A DNA stretch of 64,000 nucleotides from Candidatus Magasanikiibacteriota bacterium (GTDB lineage Bacteria; Patescibacteriota; Patescibacteriia; Magasanikbacterales; 2-02-FULL-50-9b), in contig CALRDW010000005.1 of the NCBI GenBank assembly GCA_943355025.1, positions 244 to 64,243 on the forward strand, read 5' to 3'. Below the pieces are notes generated by a model that was not told the origin of the DNA, did no database searches, and worked only from the letters and a program-made list of their open reading frames with translations. Both the position numbers and the translations under genes were made by a program. Shown here one piece after another: positions 39,195 through 48,818 of this stretch (the first letter of the stretch is position 1; each line of letters starts with the position of its first letter).

Positions 39195-41269
39195 ATAGGA
39201 ATCGTATCAGTTTTTGAACGTTTTTTCAACTCTTTTTTGAGCGCAACAAGTTCATCGCGCAAAATTGCAGCGAGTTCAAATTGTAGCTCTTTCGAAGCGC
39301 TGCGCATCTGAGATTCCTTTTCTCGAATAATTTGGTCAAGCGGCTTCCCTGCTTCCATAGCAAGATCAAGCGCAACAGTTGCACTTGTACCACCATCAGC
39401 GCTCGATTTTTTTGCGCGCGGATTTTTTCCTGATGTCAATCCAAAATCTTTGAGTAAATCACGCACTGCTTTTTTAATTGTCTGCGGCGTGATGCCATGC
39501 TTCACGTTGTATGCAGTTTGAATCGTACGGCGACGTTCCGTTTCACCAATCGCGCGCTCCAATGAGCCTGTCATGTGATCCGCATAAAGCACGACCTGCC
39601 CCGCCGCGTTTCGCGCAGCACGACCAATCGTCTGAATGAGTGCTGTGTCACTCCGAAGAAATCCTTCTTTATCCGCATCGAGAATGGCCACGAGCGAAAC
39701 TTCTGGAACATCAAGTCCTTCACGAAGTAAGTTAACTCCGACCAACACATCAAAAAGTCCGCGACGAAAATCGCCGAGAATTTGAATGCGTTCAATTGTA
39801 TCAATATCCGAATGCAAATATTTTACCTTCACTTTTTTGTCTTTCAAATAATCGGTCAAGTCTTCTGCCATTTTTTTTGTGAGTGTTGTTACCATTACAC
39901 GCTCATCACGCTTGGCACGCTCAACTGCCCGTTCAATTAAATCTTGCACTTGACCCCGATACTCTCCCTTTGCCGTAACTGGTTGAATAATAATCACCGG
40001 ATCAACAAGCCCTGTCGGACGAATAATTTGTTCGGCAATCTGCGATGATTTTTTTCGTTCAAATTCCGCAGGCGTTGCTGACACAAAAATAACCTGTTTT
40101 GTTCGCGCTAAAAATTCGTCCCCCGTAAGCGGCCGATTGTCGCCCGCGCTTGGTAAACGAAACCCATGATCAATCAATGATTTTTTTCGCGCTGAGTCGC
40201 CGCCCGACATCGCACCAACCTGCGGAAGTGTAACATGTGATTCATCAATCACAGTTAAATAGTCGTCTGGAAAATAATCGAGCAGTGTAAACGGCGGCTC
40301 ACCTGGCGCGCGACCATCAAAATAACGTGAATAATTCTCAACGCCGTTTACATATCCGATTTCTTTAATCATCGTGATATCGTATCGTGTACGACGCCTC
40401 AGACGATCTGCTGAAATAATGTCGCCGTTTTTTTCAAAAAATTTCAGCCGCTCTTCGAGCTCATACAAAATTTGCGTAAGCGCACGCTCAGTGGCATCTT
40501 TGTCCGCTAAATAATGTTTCGCCGGAAAAATCCACGCATCATTTGATCGGCCCTCTGACTTGCGTGAAACAATATCGAATAATTCAATCGTTTTTATTTT
40601 TCCACCACTTCCATCTATTCGATAAATTCTTCCCTCTTCAATGGGAACAATATCGAGAATTTCTCCGCGCAATCGGAATGTGCCGCGAGCAAGTTCAACC
40701 GTCGTACGTGTAAATTGCAAACTAATTAATTTTTTTAAAATCGTCGTGCGATCAAATGCATCGTTAACGCTCAACTGTAAAACACCACTCAAATAATTTT
40801 TTGGCGATCCCAAACCGTAAATGCACGACACTGACGAAACAATAATGACATCGCGTCGCGTTAAAAGCGCTTGTGTTGCGGCGTGACGAAGACGGTCAAT
40901 TTCCTGATTAATCATTGCCTCTTTCTCGATATACGTATCGGTCCCCGGCATGTACGCTTCAGGCTGATAATAATCGTAATACGATACAAAATACTCAACA
41001 GCATTATTCGGAAAAAATTCACGAAATTCATTGCAGAGTTGCGCGGCAAGCGTTTTATTATGTGCCATCACCAGCGTTGGTTTTTGAGTGCGTTCGATTA
41101 CCTCGGCAATCGTAAATGTCTTACCCGTACCCGTTGCACCGAGCAGTGTTTGCATGCGATCGCCGCGCTCGACGCCAGTTACCAATGCAGCAATAGCCTC
41201 CGGTTGATCCCCCGCAGGCTTATATGGCGCGACCAATTTAAATTTTTGCGACTCTTTTTTACCGAGCAT
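39191..41269 (-). CDS. uvrB: Excinuclease ABC subunit B
   Basis: GDQP, GATGTGKT, YYDYYQPEAY, DESH, NLLREGLD, C-terminal UVR domain. Confidence 0.98.
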   Translation of the reverse strand: MLGKKESQKFKLVAPYKPAGDQPEAIAALVTGVERGDRMQTLLGATGTGKTFTIAEVIERTQKPTLVMAHNKTLAAQLCNEFREFFPNNAVEYFVSYYDYYQPEAYMPGTDTYIEKEAMINQEIDRLRHAATQALLTRRDVIIVSSVSCIYGLGSPKNYLSGVLQLSVNDAFDRTTILKKLISLQFTRTTVELARGTFRLRGEILDIVPIEEGRIYRIDGSGGKIKTIELFDIVSRKSEGRSNDAWIFPAKHYLADKDATERALTQILYELEERLKFFEKNGDIISADRLRRRTRYDITMIKEIGYVNGVENYSRYFDGRAPGEPPFTLLDYFPDDYLTVIDESHVTLPQVGAMSGGDSARKKSLIDHGFRLPSAGDNRPLTGDEFLARTKQVIFVSATPAEFERKKSSQIAEQIIRPTGLVDPVIIIQPVTAKGEYRGQVQDLIERAVERAKRDERVMVTTLTKKMAEDLTDYLKDKKVKVKYLHSDIDTIERIQILGDFRRGLFDVLVGVNLLREGLDVPEVSLVAILDADKEGFLRSDTALIQTIGRAARNAAGQVVLYADHMTGSLERAIGETERRRTIQTAYNVKHGITPQTIKKAVRDLLKDFGLTSGKNPRAKKSSADGGTSATVALDLAMEAGKPLDQIIREKESQMRSASKELQFELAAILRDELVALKKELKKRSKTDTIPI

Positions 41270-41300
41270 GGAGCTATGATAGCCCGCGTGCAGTTAAAAT

Positions 41301-41654
41301 TCAAGCCGCTGTCAATTTTGGGAATGGGCCCAATTTTTTGAGGCGCGCCGCCGCACCACGCTCAAATAATTTTCTCTGCTCGGCCGAATCAACAATTTCA
41401 TCAACTTTTTCATCCTCACGACGTAAGGGCATGATGAATTTGTTCTCTGCCTCGGTAATACGTCTGTCGGTATAGGCCATAAGCTCATGCTTTGCTTCAC
41501 CAATCATTTGTTTGACATCGTCCTTGGTCGCAAAATTTTTCAGATCCTCTTTTGTCGCACAATTCTGAACTAAATACCTCAATAATTCCGTTGTTTCGTC
41601 TGTCGTATGAACATCTGCCACCGCATTTTCTGTGGCCCCCTCCTTTGGTTGCAT
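41301..41654 (-). CDS. Coiled-coil protein with ATK(E/D)DL repeats (paralog of 48081-48563)
   Basis: LLRYLVQNCATKEDLKNFATKDDV, IGEAKHELM. Confidence 0.75.
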   Translation of the reverse strand: MQPKEGATENAVADVHTTDETTELLRYLVQNCATKEDLKNFATKDDVKQMIGEAKHELMAYTDRRITEAENKFIMPLRREDEKVDEIVDSAEQRKLFERGAAARLKKLGPFPKLTAA

Positions 41655-41748
41655 ACAAAACTCATTATTTTCTAAAGTAGGGTGAATATACCATCTTGTC
41701 AGCAACACAACAAACACCCTTGTCAAGACTCGACAAGCGAATACATCT

Positions 41749-43101
41749 TTAGATCTCAACAATTTGCCCCGGCATCGCTGCCTGCGCTTGAATTTTTAAT
41801 TTATTTTTTACTACTAATACAAATGCATGCGCTGCTGTTGGATCAGAATGCACAACAACTATTTGTCGCGGCGCACTCGGGCCTGACGAAACCCACTGCA
41901 ACAATTTATTTTGGTCACCGTGTGCCGAATACGAATCCATTTTTACCAACGCACATCGAACAGGAATTTGTTCCCCATTAATTGTAATCATTCGTGCACC
42001 TTCCTGAATCTTGCGGCCGATTGTTCCGTCCGCTTGATATGAAACCAGCAGCAACGTAGATTTTTTATCAGGCAAATAACGCATCAAGTGATGCATGATG
42101 CGGCCACCCGAAAGCATTCCTGAACCAGCGATAATAATTTTTGGTCCTGGAACAGAATTTATTTTTTTTGATTCTTCAACTTTGTATGTGACACGCAATC
42201 CAGGAAAATTTAAAAAATCCTCTCCGCTTTTATATTCCGCCATGGCCTGCTCGTCAAAATACTGTGGGTACTGACGATACACGTCGTTCGCGCGAATCGC
42301 AAGCGGGCTGTCTAAAAAAATCGGCACATGTGGAAGTGCGCGTTCGTGTTTAATCAATTGATCAAGTTCAAATAAAATTTCTTGCGTGCGCTCAATCGAA
42401 AACGCAGCGATCATCATCGTGCCGCCACGCTGAATCGCTTCAATAATATGTTTGCGTAATTCATACCGGCGTAGTCGCGGAGACGAGTGCAAGCGATCTC
42501 CATAGGTTGCCTCAGTAACCAAAATATCGCAGGGAACAAGCGCGACAGTCTCATGTACAATCGGCACGTTGTCATTTCCGATATCTCCAGAAAATACAGC
42601 AACTTTCCCGTGCGAACGAAATTCGACCCACGCCGATCCAAAAATATGACCCGCGTCACGCAGTAAAAAAGAAACATCGTTCGCAATTTCCTGCGGCCGA
42701 TCATAACGCATCGGTTTTAAATGTTGTTTTGCTCGTTCAACATCGGCCGCATCGTAGAGCATCGGCTTTTGATGATGATTAAAATCCATTCTCATCACTT
42801 CGAGCATATCGTCCCACTGCAATTTAATAAGTTCACACGTTGGTTCCGTTGCAAAAACGGGCCCACGATACCCGCGCGCGAACAACAAAGGCACTCTGCC
42901 GCAGTGATCTAAGTGCGCATGGGTAATAATTACGTGAGCAATCTCAGTCGGGTCAAAACTCAGCGGCGCGCGATTGCGTTCATCAGCAGAACTAGCCCCT
43001 TGAAAAATTCCACAATCAACCAAAACCTGTGTGTCGTGTGTTTCGATTAAATAACAAGAGCCCGTGACCTCGCCTGCAGCTCCGAAAAAATGTATTTTCA
43101 T
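41749..43101 (-). CDS. MBL-fold beta-CASP ribonuclease (YSH1/TTHA0252-like)
   Basis: GAAGEVTGSC, THAHLDHCG, DAGHIFGS, EATYG, GSGMLSGGRI, YSAHGD. Confidence 0.93.
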   Translation of the reverse strand: MKIHFFGAAGEVTGSCYLIETHDTQVLVDCGIFQGASSADERNRAPLSFDPTEIAHVIITHAHLDHCGRVPLLFARGYRGPVFATEPTCELIKLQWDDMLEVMRMDFNHHQKPMLYDAADVERAKQHLKPMRYDRPQEIANDVSFLLRDAGHIFGSAWVEFRSHGKVAVFSGDIGNDNVPIVHETVALVPCDILVTEATYGDRLHSSPRLRRYELRKHIIEAIQRGGTMMIAAFSIERTQEILFELDQLIKHERALPHVPIFLDSPLAIRANDVYRQYPQYFDEQAMAEYKSGEDFLNFPGLRVTYKVEESKKINSVPGPKIIIAGSGMLSGGRIMHHLMRYLPDKKSTLLLVSYQADGTIGRKIQEGARMITINGEQIPVRCALVKMDSYSAHGDQNKLLQWVSSGPSAPRQIVVVHSDPTAAHAFVLVVKNKLKIQAQAAMPGQIVEI

Positions 43102-43165
43102 AATCAAATCAACTACTGGTAATTATATAGGAAAACTGCTACAATTACGAGCATCAGATATATTT

Positions 43166-43888
43166 ATGCGGCAAAGTCCCGGCGGATCGTCCATCCAGAT
43201 TCAGGAACCCACACTTAAAGAAATCAAAAAACATCACGGCTGGTTTACAGGAAGTTGTTTAACCGGCTGTGGCTGTATTATTTTATTTATAGGTGCTTTA
43301 TATCTTGTTTTTCGCCTGCTCCTCGGGTCTGGTCCAACTAGTACAACAGACTTCCCAACAAATTTTCCAAAAGATATTCCGCAGACAAATCCGAATAGCG
43401 TTGTCAAAATTGTTAAGATTGACGGTCAGTCAAAGGAACGCGCACTATGGGTTGCAACAACAATTCCGCGTTTTATTGCAGGACCAATTCTCGACGAAAT
43501 AGATAGTGAAGCGCCGATCATCGAGGAAAAAGATTCGCTCGGTCGCGTCAATTTTAAGCATGAGCGATCAGCCCAAGATTACGCGCAGTACGTTTTTGGT
43601 TTTCCAATCAGCAAAAATAAAAATTCACAGACTGTTTCTGTTACATGGACAGGAATCAAATCTGACGTTCAAACAATTGTGAATTCCTATTCGAAAATTT
43701 TACAAAAAAATGGATACGAAATTACAACAAGTTCGTTCGCCGGTTCGCAAAAAGACGATGAAGTGCGCGCTGGTTTTTCATTTATAAAAGGTGAAACAAC
43801 AGGAACATACCGAGCGATTGATTTGCATACTGATCAGCCCGGCACTGAATATGTGCAGCTCATCGTCAATTACCCCGCGCAGCCATGA
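43166..43888 (+). CDS. Hypothetical membrane-anchored protein
   Basis: SCLTGCGC plus TM helix; ATGA overlap with murJ. Confidence 0.7.
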   Translation: MRQSPGGSSIQIQEPTLKEIKKHHGWFTGSCLTGCGCIILFIGALYLVFRLLLGSGPTSTTDFPTNFPKDIPQTNPNSVVKIVKIDGQSKERALWVATTIPRFIAGPILDEIDSEAPIIEEKDSLGRVNFKHERSAQDYAQYVFGFPISKNKNSQTVSVTWTGIKSDVQTIVNSYSKILQKNGYEITTSSFAGSQKDDEVRAGFSFIKGETTGTYRAIDLHTDQPGTEYVQLIVNYPAQP

Positions 43889-45507
43889 CTATAAAAAAAA
43901 TTCTCAATCACACATCTGATTCTATCGCAACAGCGGCGATAGTTCTTGCTGGTGCGTCACTTGTGAGTCGTGTGCTTGGTCTTGTGCGCGATCGACTTCT
44001 TACATACCATTTTGGTGCAGGCGATGTACTTGATACATACTACGCAGCGTTCCGTTTGCCTGATTTTTTATACAATCTACTTATTATTGGCGCACTTTCA
44101 TCCGCATTTATTCCGATTTTTTCAGAATATGTTTCTAAAGGAGCTCACGCGCGCGCGTGGAAATTCATGAATACGAGTATCGCGACGCTTGGTACAATTT
44201 TTTTCGGAATTTCACTCGTGTGTGCAATTGGCGCACCGCTCCTCATGGTTCTTATCGCACCAGGATTTAGTGGCGATAAATACACCCTAACTGTTCATCT
44301 GACTCAGATCATGATGATTTCTCCTGTACTCATGGGCCTTTCCGCAGTTGTTGGCGGCGCATTGCAATCAATGCGCAAATTTTTGCTCTACGCATTCGCA
44401 CCAATCATGTATAACCTTGGAATTATTCTTGGCATCTTGCTGTTTGTGCCTATTATGGGCCCCACTGGACTTGCAGTTGGTGTTGTTCTCGGCGCCGCGC
44501 TCCATTTAATAATTCAACTTCCAGCACTTTTTGAATCTGGATTTCGTCCAAAATGGGAATGGGGTTGGAAAGAAAAAGATGTGCAACTTTTACTAGTTCT
44601 CATGGCGCCGCGCGCAATCGCTCTCGCCGCAGTTCAATTAAATTTGCTCGTCATCACTAGTCTCGCATCCGAACTTTCAAGCGGCTCGGTTGCAATTTTT
44701 AATCTTGCAAATAATATTCAATCTCTTCCGATTGGAATTATCGCCGTATCGTATGCGGTCGCCGCGTTTCCACTCATGACAGAATTTGCAGCGCAAGATA
44801 ATCCTGATGGAATTGCGCGCACTGTTGCATCAACTTTGCGTATGGTTTTAACATGGATCGTTCCGATAGCCGTTTTATTTATCGTGCTCCGCGCGCAGTG
44901 GGTACGAATAATTTTAGGTACAGGAAATTTTGATTGGAACGCAACAATCACAACAGCAGACACGCTTGGTTTTTTTGCACTCGGCCTTGTGGGTCAGGCA
45001 TGTGTGCACACACTCGCGCGAGGATTTTATGCGCTCAAAGATACGAAGACACCAGCAATCACCGCGATTGGTGCGACACTTTTCAGTATCATCGTTGCAC
45101 TTCTACTCATGCGACCGCTTGGTGTTCGTGGCCTCGCGTTTGCGAGCGCACTTGAAGCAACGCTCAATGCATTGATTTTGTGGGCGCTTCTGCACAAGCG
45201 GCTTGGATCTATCGATGATAATCGCATGATTAAAACCGGCCTCAAACTTTTTGGTGCGGCGATTATCATGGGCTTCATTGTCCAAGGACTCAAAAATCCA
45301 ATCGCATATTTTGTTGATATGCAAACATTCTGGGGAATTTTTTTACAAGCGGTCGGCGCATCGCTCGGCGGTTTAATCGTTTACATCGGCATTGGCTTGC
45401 TTCTGCACAGCGAAGAGCTCCATGCAATTATTGACGCAAGCAAATTGCATATTGGAAAACTAAATCGCATTCGTGTACCCGTCGAAATGACAGATACTTC
45501 AAATTAA
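43885..45507 (+). CDS. murJ: Lipid II flippase MurJ (MviN)
   Basis: SRVLGLVRD, YYAAFRLPD, SAFIPIF, RGFYALKDTKTP. Confidence 0.95.
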   Translation: MTIKKILNHTSDSIATAAIVLAGASLVSRVLGLVRDRLLTYHFGAGDVLDTYYAAFRLPDFLYNLLIIGALSSAFIPIFSEYVSKGAHARAWKFMNTSIATLGTIFFGISLVCAIGAPLLMVLIAPGFSGDKYTLTVHLTQIMMISPVLMGLSAVVGGALQSMRKFLLYAFAPIMYNLGIILGILLFVPIMGPTGLAVGVVLGAALHLIIQLPALFESGFRPKWEWGWKEKDVQLLLVLMAPRAIALAAVQLNLLVITSLASELSSGSVAIFNLANNIQSLPIGIIAVSYAVAAFPLMTEFAAQDNPDGIARTVASTLRMVLTWIVPIAVLFIVLRAQWVRIILGTGNFDWNATITTADTLGFFALGLVGQACVHTLARGFYALKDTKTPAITAIGATLFSIIVALLLMRPLGVRGLAFASALEATLNALILWALLHKRLGSIDDNRMIKTGLKLFGAAIIMGFIVQGLKNPIAYFVDMQTFWGIFLQAVGASLGGLIVYIGIGLLLHSEELHAIIDASKLHIGKLNRIRVPVEMTDTSN

Positions 45508-45571
45508 AAAACCCCGCCGTCGAAGTATCGAGGAGAGGCTTTCGACTTGCTCTCAGCAACCGGTTGGCTGC

Positions 45572-46129
45572 TTATTTTTTCAAGCCGGATTCTTCTTGAA
45601 CCGCTTCCCAAATGCGACTTCGCCACATGGAGGTACCCAGTCGCAAGAGGCCAAAGAACCAACCATTAAAAACGTCCCCTAACAACTGAACACTTTTCAG
45701 AAGAAGACTCTTTTGAGAATCGAACCACTGATCAAATGTTCGCAGCTCTCTGAGGCTAAGTAATTCACGCAGTTTTCCCCGGCGCAAGGAATCACGCGCG
45801 ACTAATGGAATCGGCGCCCATTCTATCTTGTCTTTTTCAGCTCGAAAATCAAGGCGTGGAAACAAGTCCCATACTTCCGGAACATCAAGCGCTGAAACAT
45901 AAACGAGCATTGCGTAGGTGAGCCAGGCGAAAGTAAAACGAATTGCAAACAACATGGTGGCGCCAACGGTCCCAAAAATGACACTCGCAAATCCATGCTT
46001 CAGACCAAAAGTGAGCTCGTAATCAGAACTATTATCGAGCAGCACCAAAAGAATGAGGATCACATACGTTGCAACATTCCACGTTTCGGCAACGCGGAAT
46101 CGGCCCCACGGAACCTTGAACTCAAACAT
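45572..46129 (-). CDS. Hypothetical membrane protein
   Basis: AAGGAG SD, 2-3 TM segments. Confidence 0.6.
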   Translation of the reverse strand: MFEFKVPWGRFRVAETWNVATYVILILLVLLDNSSDYELTFGLKHGFASVIFGTVGATMLFAIRFTFAWLTYAMLVYVSALDVPEVWDLFPRLDFRAEKDKIEWAPIPLVARDSLRRGKLRELLSLRELRTFDQWFDSQKSLLLKSVQLLGDVFNGWFFGLLRLGTSMWRSRIWEAVQEESGLKK

Positions 46130-46272
46130 CAGATAACTCCTTTTTAAAGTTAGAAAAAACTTCGTACTTAGGTTGCAGGATAGCAGACATTCAGGGTTTT
46201 GTCAAGAGACAAACCCATAATTTAGCTAAAAACTTGATTAAAATAGGGTTAATCGGTATAATCGCCGCACTT

Positions 46273-48084
46273 ATGAACCACATACGCAATTTTTGCATTA
46301 TCGCCCATATTGACCATGGAAAGTCGACGCTCGCAGATCGACTTCTTGAGGTTACCGGCACGGTGCAAAAACGCGATATGCAGGCACAGCTTCTTGATTC
46401 GATGGACATTGAGCGCGAGCGCGGCATTACGATCAAACTCGCTCCGGCGCGGATGAAGCACTCAGTCGCGGGTCAGGAATATGAACTCAACCTCATTGAT
46501 ACACCAGGACATGTTGATTTTTCTTATGAAGTTTCGCGGTCACTCGCCGCAGTTGAGGGTGCGCTTTTAGTTGTTGACGCATCACAGGGCATGCAGGCAC
46601 AAACGCTCGCAAACTTATATTTGGCGGTCGAGCAAAATTTAACGATCATTCCGGTTCTCAATAAAATTGATTTACCAAACGCAGACATTGAAAAAACATC
46701 CCGCGAAATTATTTCTGTAATTGGGTGTGATAAAGAGGATATTATTTTGGCGAGTGGTAAAACAGGTGTGGGCGTTCCCGCGATTCTTGACGCGATTGTC
46801 GCACGCATTCCAGAGCCGCAAGGAAATCCTGATGCGCCAGTTCGCGCACTTATTTTTGACTCAGTCTATGACGACTATCGTGGCGTTGTTGCAAAAGTTA
46901 AAATTGTCGATGGATCGCTGAGTCCCACGACAAAAATTAAATTCATAGCGACACAATCGCTCGGTGAAGCGCTCGAAGTTGGTTTTTATAATCCAAAATT
47001 AAACGCAACACCGATTTTAAAAACGGGCGAGATTGGGTATGTGGTTACAGGTCTCAAAGAAATTGTTGGCGTGCGTGTTGGTGACACAATCACGAGCGCC
47101 ATTAACGGATCGAGCGAGGGTCTTCCGGGATACAAACCCGTTGTGCCAATGGTCTACGCGGGAATTTTTCCGAAAGATGGCTCGCAATTTTCGCGACTGC
47201 GCGACGCCATGGAGCGATTAAAATTAAATGACGCATCGCTCATTTATGAAACCGAACAATCCCCGGCACTTGGTATGGGTTTCCGCTGTGGGCTTCTCGG
47301 GCTTTTACATTTAGAAATTGTGCAAGAACGTTTTGCGCGTGAATTTAAAATTGAAGTTGTGGTAACAACGCCGAGCGTTGCGCTCACGGTTAAAAAAACA
47401 AACGGCGATGTAATTACAGTTCACAGTCCGATGGAATATCCAGATCCAACTTTTATTGAAGAGACGCTCGAACCATGGGTTAAAATTGATGTGGTTACGC
47501 CTGCCGTGAGTCAGGGCAGCATCATGCAGCTTGTCCAAGAAAAACGTGGTCGCTATATCAACACGGAATATTTAGCAGGTGGCGATATGCATTCGCGCGT
47601 ACTCCTTCATTTTGAATTGCCTTTATCATCAATTTTGGTTGATTTTTATGATCGTTTAAAAAGTATTTCGAGCGGGTATGCTTCCCTTTCATATGATTGG
47701 CTGGACGAAGAGCCGGCGAATATAGTGCGTCTTGAAATTCTAGTCGCGGAAGAATCAATTGAAGCGCTTGCGACACTGGTTCCACAAGAAGATGCCTATA
47801 GAATGGGTAAGCGGATTGTTGAAAAATTAAAAGATCATTTGCCGAGACAAATGTTTGAAATTAAATTACAGGCCGTAATCGGCGGAAAAATTATTGCGTC
47901 GGAGCGATTGAGTGCAATGCGAAAGGATGTGACTGCGGGCTTGTACGGTGGTGACATCACTCGTAAGCGTAAACTTCTCGAAAAGCAAAAGAAAGGCAAG
48001 GAGAAAATGAAAACCGTTGGCCGCGGTTCGGTTGATATTCCACCAGAAACTTTTCTTGCCATTCTTAAACCTGATCAAGGCTAA
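46273..48084 (+). CDS. lepA: Elongation factor 4
   Basis: IRNFCIIAHIDHGKSTL, DTPGHVDF, NKID, YGGDITRKRKLLEKQKKGK. Confidence 0.98.
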   Translation: MNHIRNFCIIAHIDHGKSTLADRLLEVTGTVQKRDMQAQLLDSMDIERERGITIKLAPARMKHSVAGQEYELNLIDTPGHVDFSYEVSRSLAAVEGALLVVDASQGMQAQTLANLYLAVEQNLTIIPVLNKIDLPNADIEKTSREIISVIGCDKEDIILASGKTGVGVPAILDAIVARIPEPQGNPDAPVRALIFDSVYDDYRGVVAKVKIVDGSLSPTTKIKFIATQSLGEALEVGFYNPKLNATPILKTGEIGYVVTGLKEIVGVRVGDTITSAINGSSEGLPGYKPVVPMVYAGIFPKDGSQFSRLRDAMERLKLNDASLIYETEQSPALGMGFRCGLLGLLHLEIVQERFAREFKIEVVVTTPSVALTVKKTNGDVITVHSPMEYPDPTFIEETLEPWVKIDVVTPAVSQGSIMQLVQEKRGRYINTEYLAGGDMHSRVLLHFELPLSSILVDFYDRLKSISSGYASLSYDWLDEEPANIVRLEILVAEESIEALATLVPQEDAYRMGKRIVEKLKDHLPRQMFEIKLQAVIGGKIIASERLSAMRKDVTAGLYGGDITRKRKLLEKQKKGKEKMKTVGRGSVDIPPETFLAILKPDQG

Positions 48085-48563
48085 TCCATAGGCTGTGCGA
48101 ACGGATTAATCGTGATTAAACGAACCCCGTCCGCCTTTGAAATTGTGCCACTTTTTTGAGCGGTTCGAATAAATTCGTTTGCTTTTTCATCCTGGCGATG
48201 CGCGATCGCAGTCAAATCTCCTCGCACTTTCGCGCACTCGCGCGTCGTGTGGTCCATAAGCTCGTGCTTGGTTTCGCCTATAACTTTTTTCAAATCCTCC
48301 TTTGTTACCATTTTTTCCGCTAATCCTTCGACTTTTTCTTCTACACCACCCATTTTTTCATCTAATCTCTCAACTTTTTCTTCTACACCACCCAATCTCC
48401 GCGCTAAACCATCTATTTTCCCTTCGAGCTCGCCCTTTAAATTCTCCAAATCATCCTTTGTTGCACAATTTTGTACCAAATAACGCAACATTTCCGTTGA
48501 CTCCTCGGGTGTATGAATTTTTTCGCGTTCCTTTGTTTCAGAAATCCCCTCCGCTTTTTGCAT
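48081..48563 (-). CDS. Coiled-coil protein with TK(D/E)DL motifs and internal tandem repeat
   Basis: MLRYLVQNCATKDDL, 14-aa repeat, VTKEDL, IGETKHELM. Confidence 0.75.
   Translation of the reverse strand: MQKAEGISETKEREKIHTPEESTEMLRYLVQNCATKDDLENLKGELEGKIDGLARRLGGVEEKVERLDEKMGGVEEKVEGLAEKMVTKEDLKKVIGETKHELMDHTTRECAKVRGDLTAIAHRQDEKANEFIRTAQKSGTISKADGVRLITINPFAQPMD
48309..48392. repeat. Two-copy 42-bp in-frame tandem repeat
   Basis: cattttttccgctaatccttcgactttttcttctacaccacc / cattttttcatctaatctctcaactttttcttctacaccacc. Confidence 0.85.
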
Positions 48564-48686
48564 ACCATGTATATTAAAAATGTCTCAGCGCTCGAAATAT
48601 ACCACAGCCGACAGTACCAAACAATTCTCCTTGTGTCAATACACGACTGCCTGGTATTATAGTGGCAAACAAACACGCGTAAAACT

Positions 48687-48779
48687 ATGAAACATCGGAC
48701 ACGCAGAATTCTCATGGGCGTAATAGGCCTCTTTGTAATTATTTCAATGATCCTCGCGTTTACTGTGCGCTATTACTAG
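48687..48779 (+). CDS. 30-aa single-TM microprotein
   Basis: MKHRTRRILMGVIGLFVIISMILAFTVRYY; below the ORF-track size cutoff. Confidence 0.55.
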   Translation: MKHRTRRILMGVIGLFVIISMILAFTVRYY

Positions 48780-48818
48780 CATTGCACGGCGACGCAGATG
48801 TGATACTATCCATGAAGC

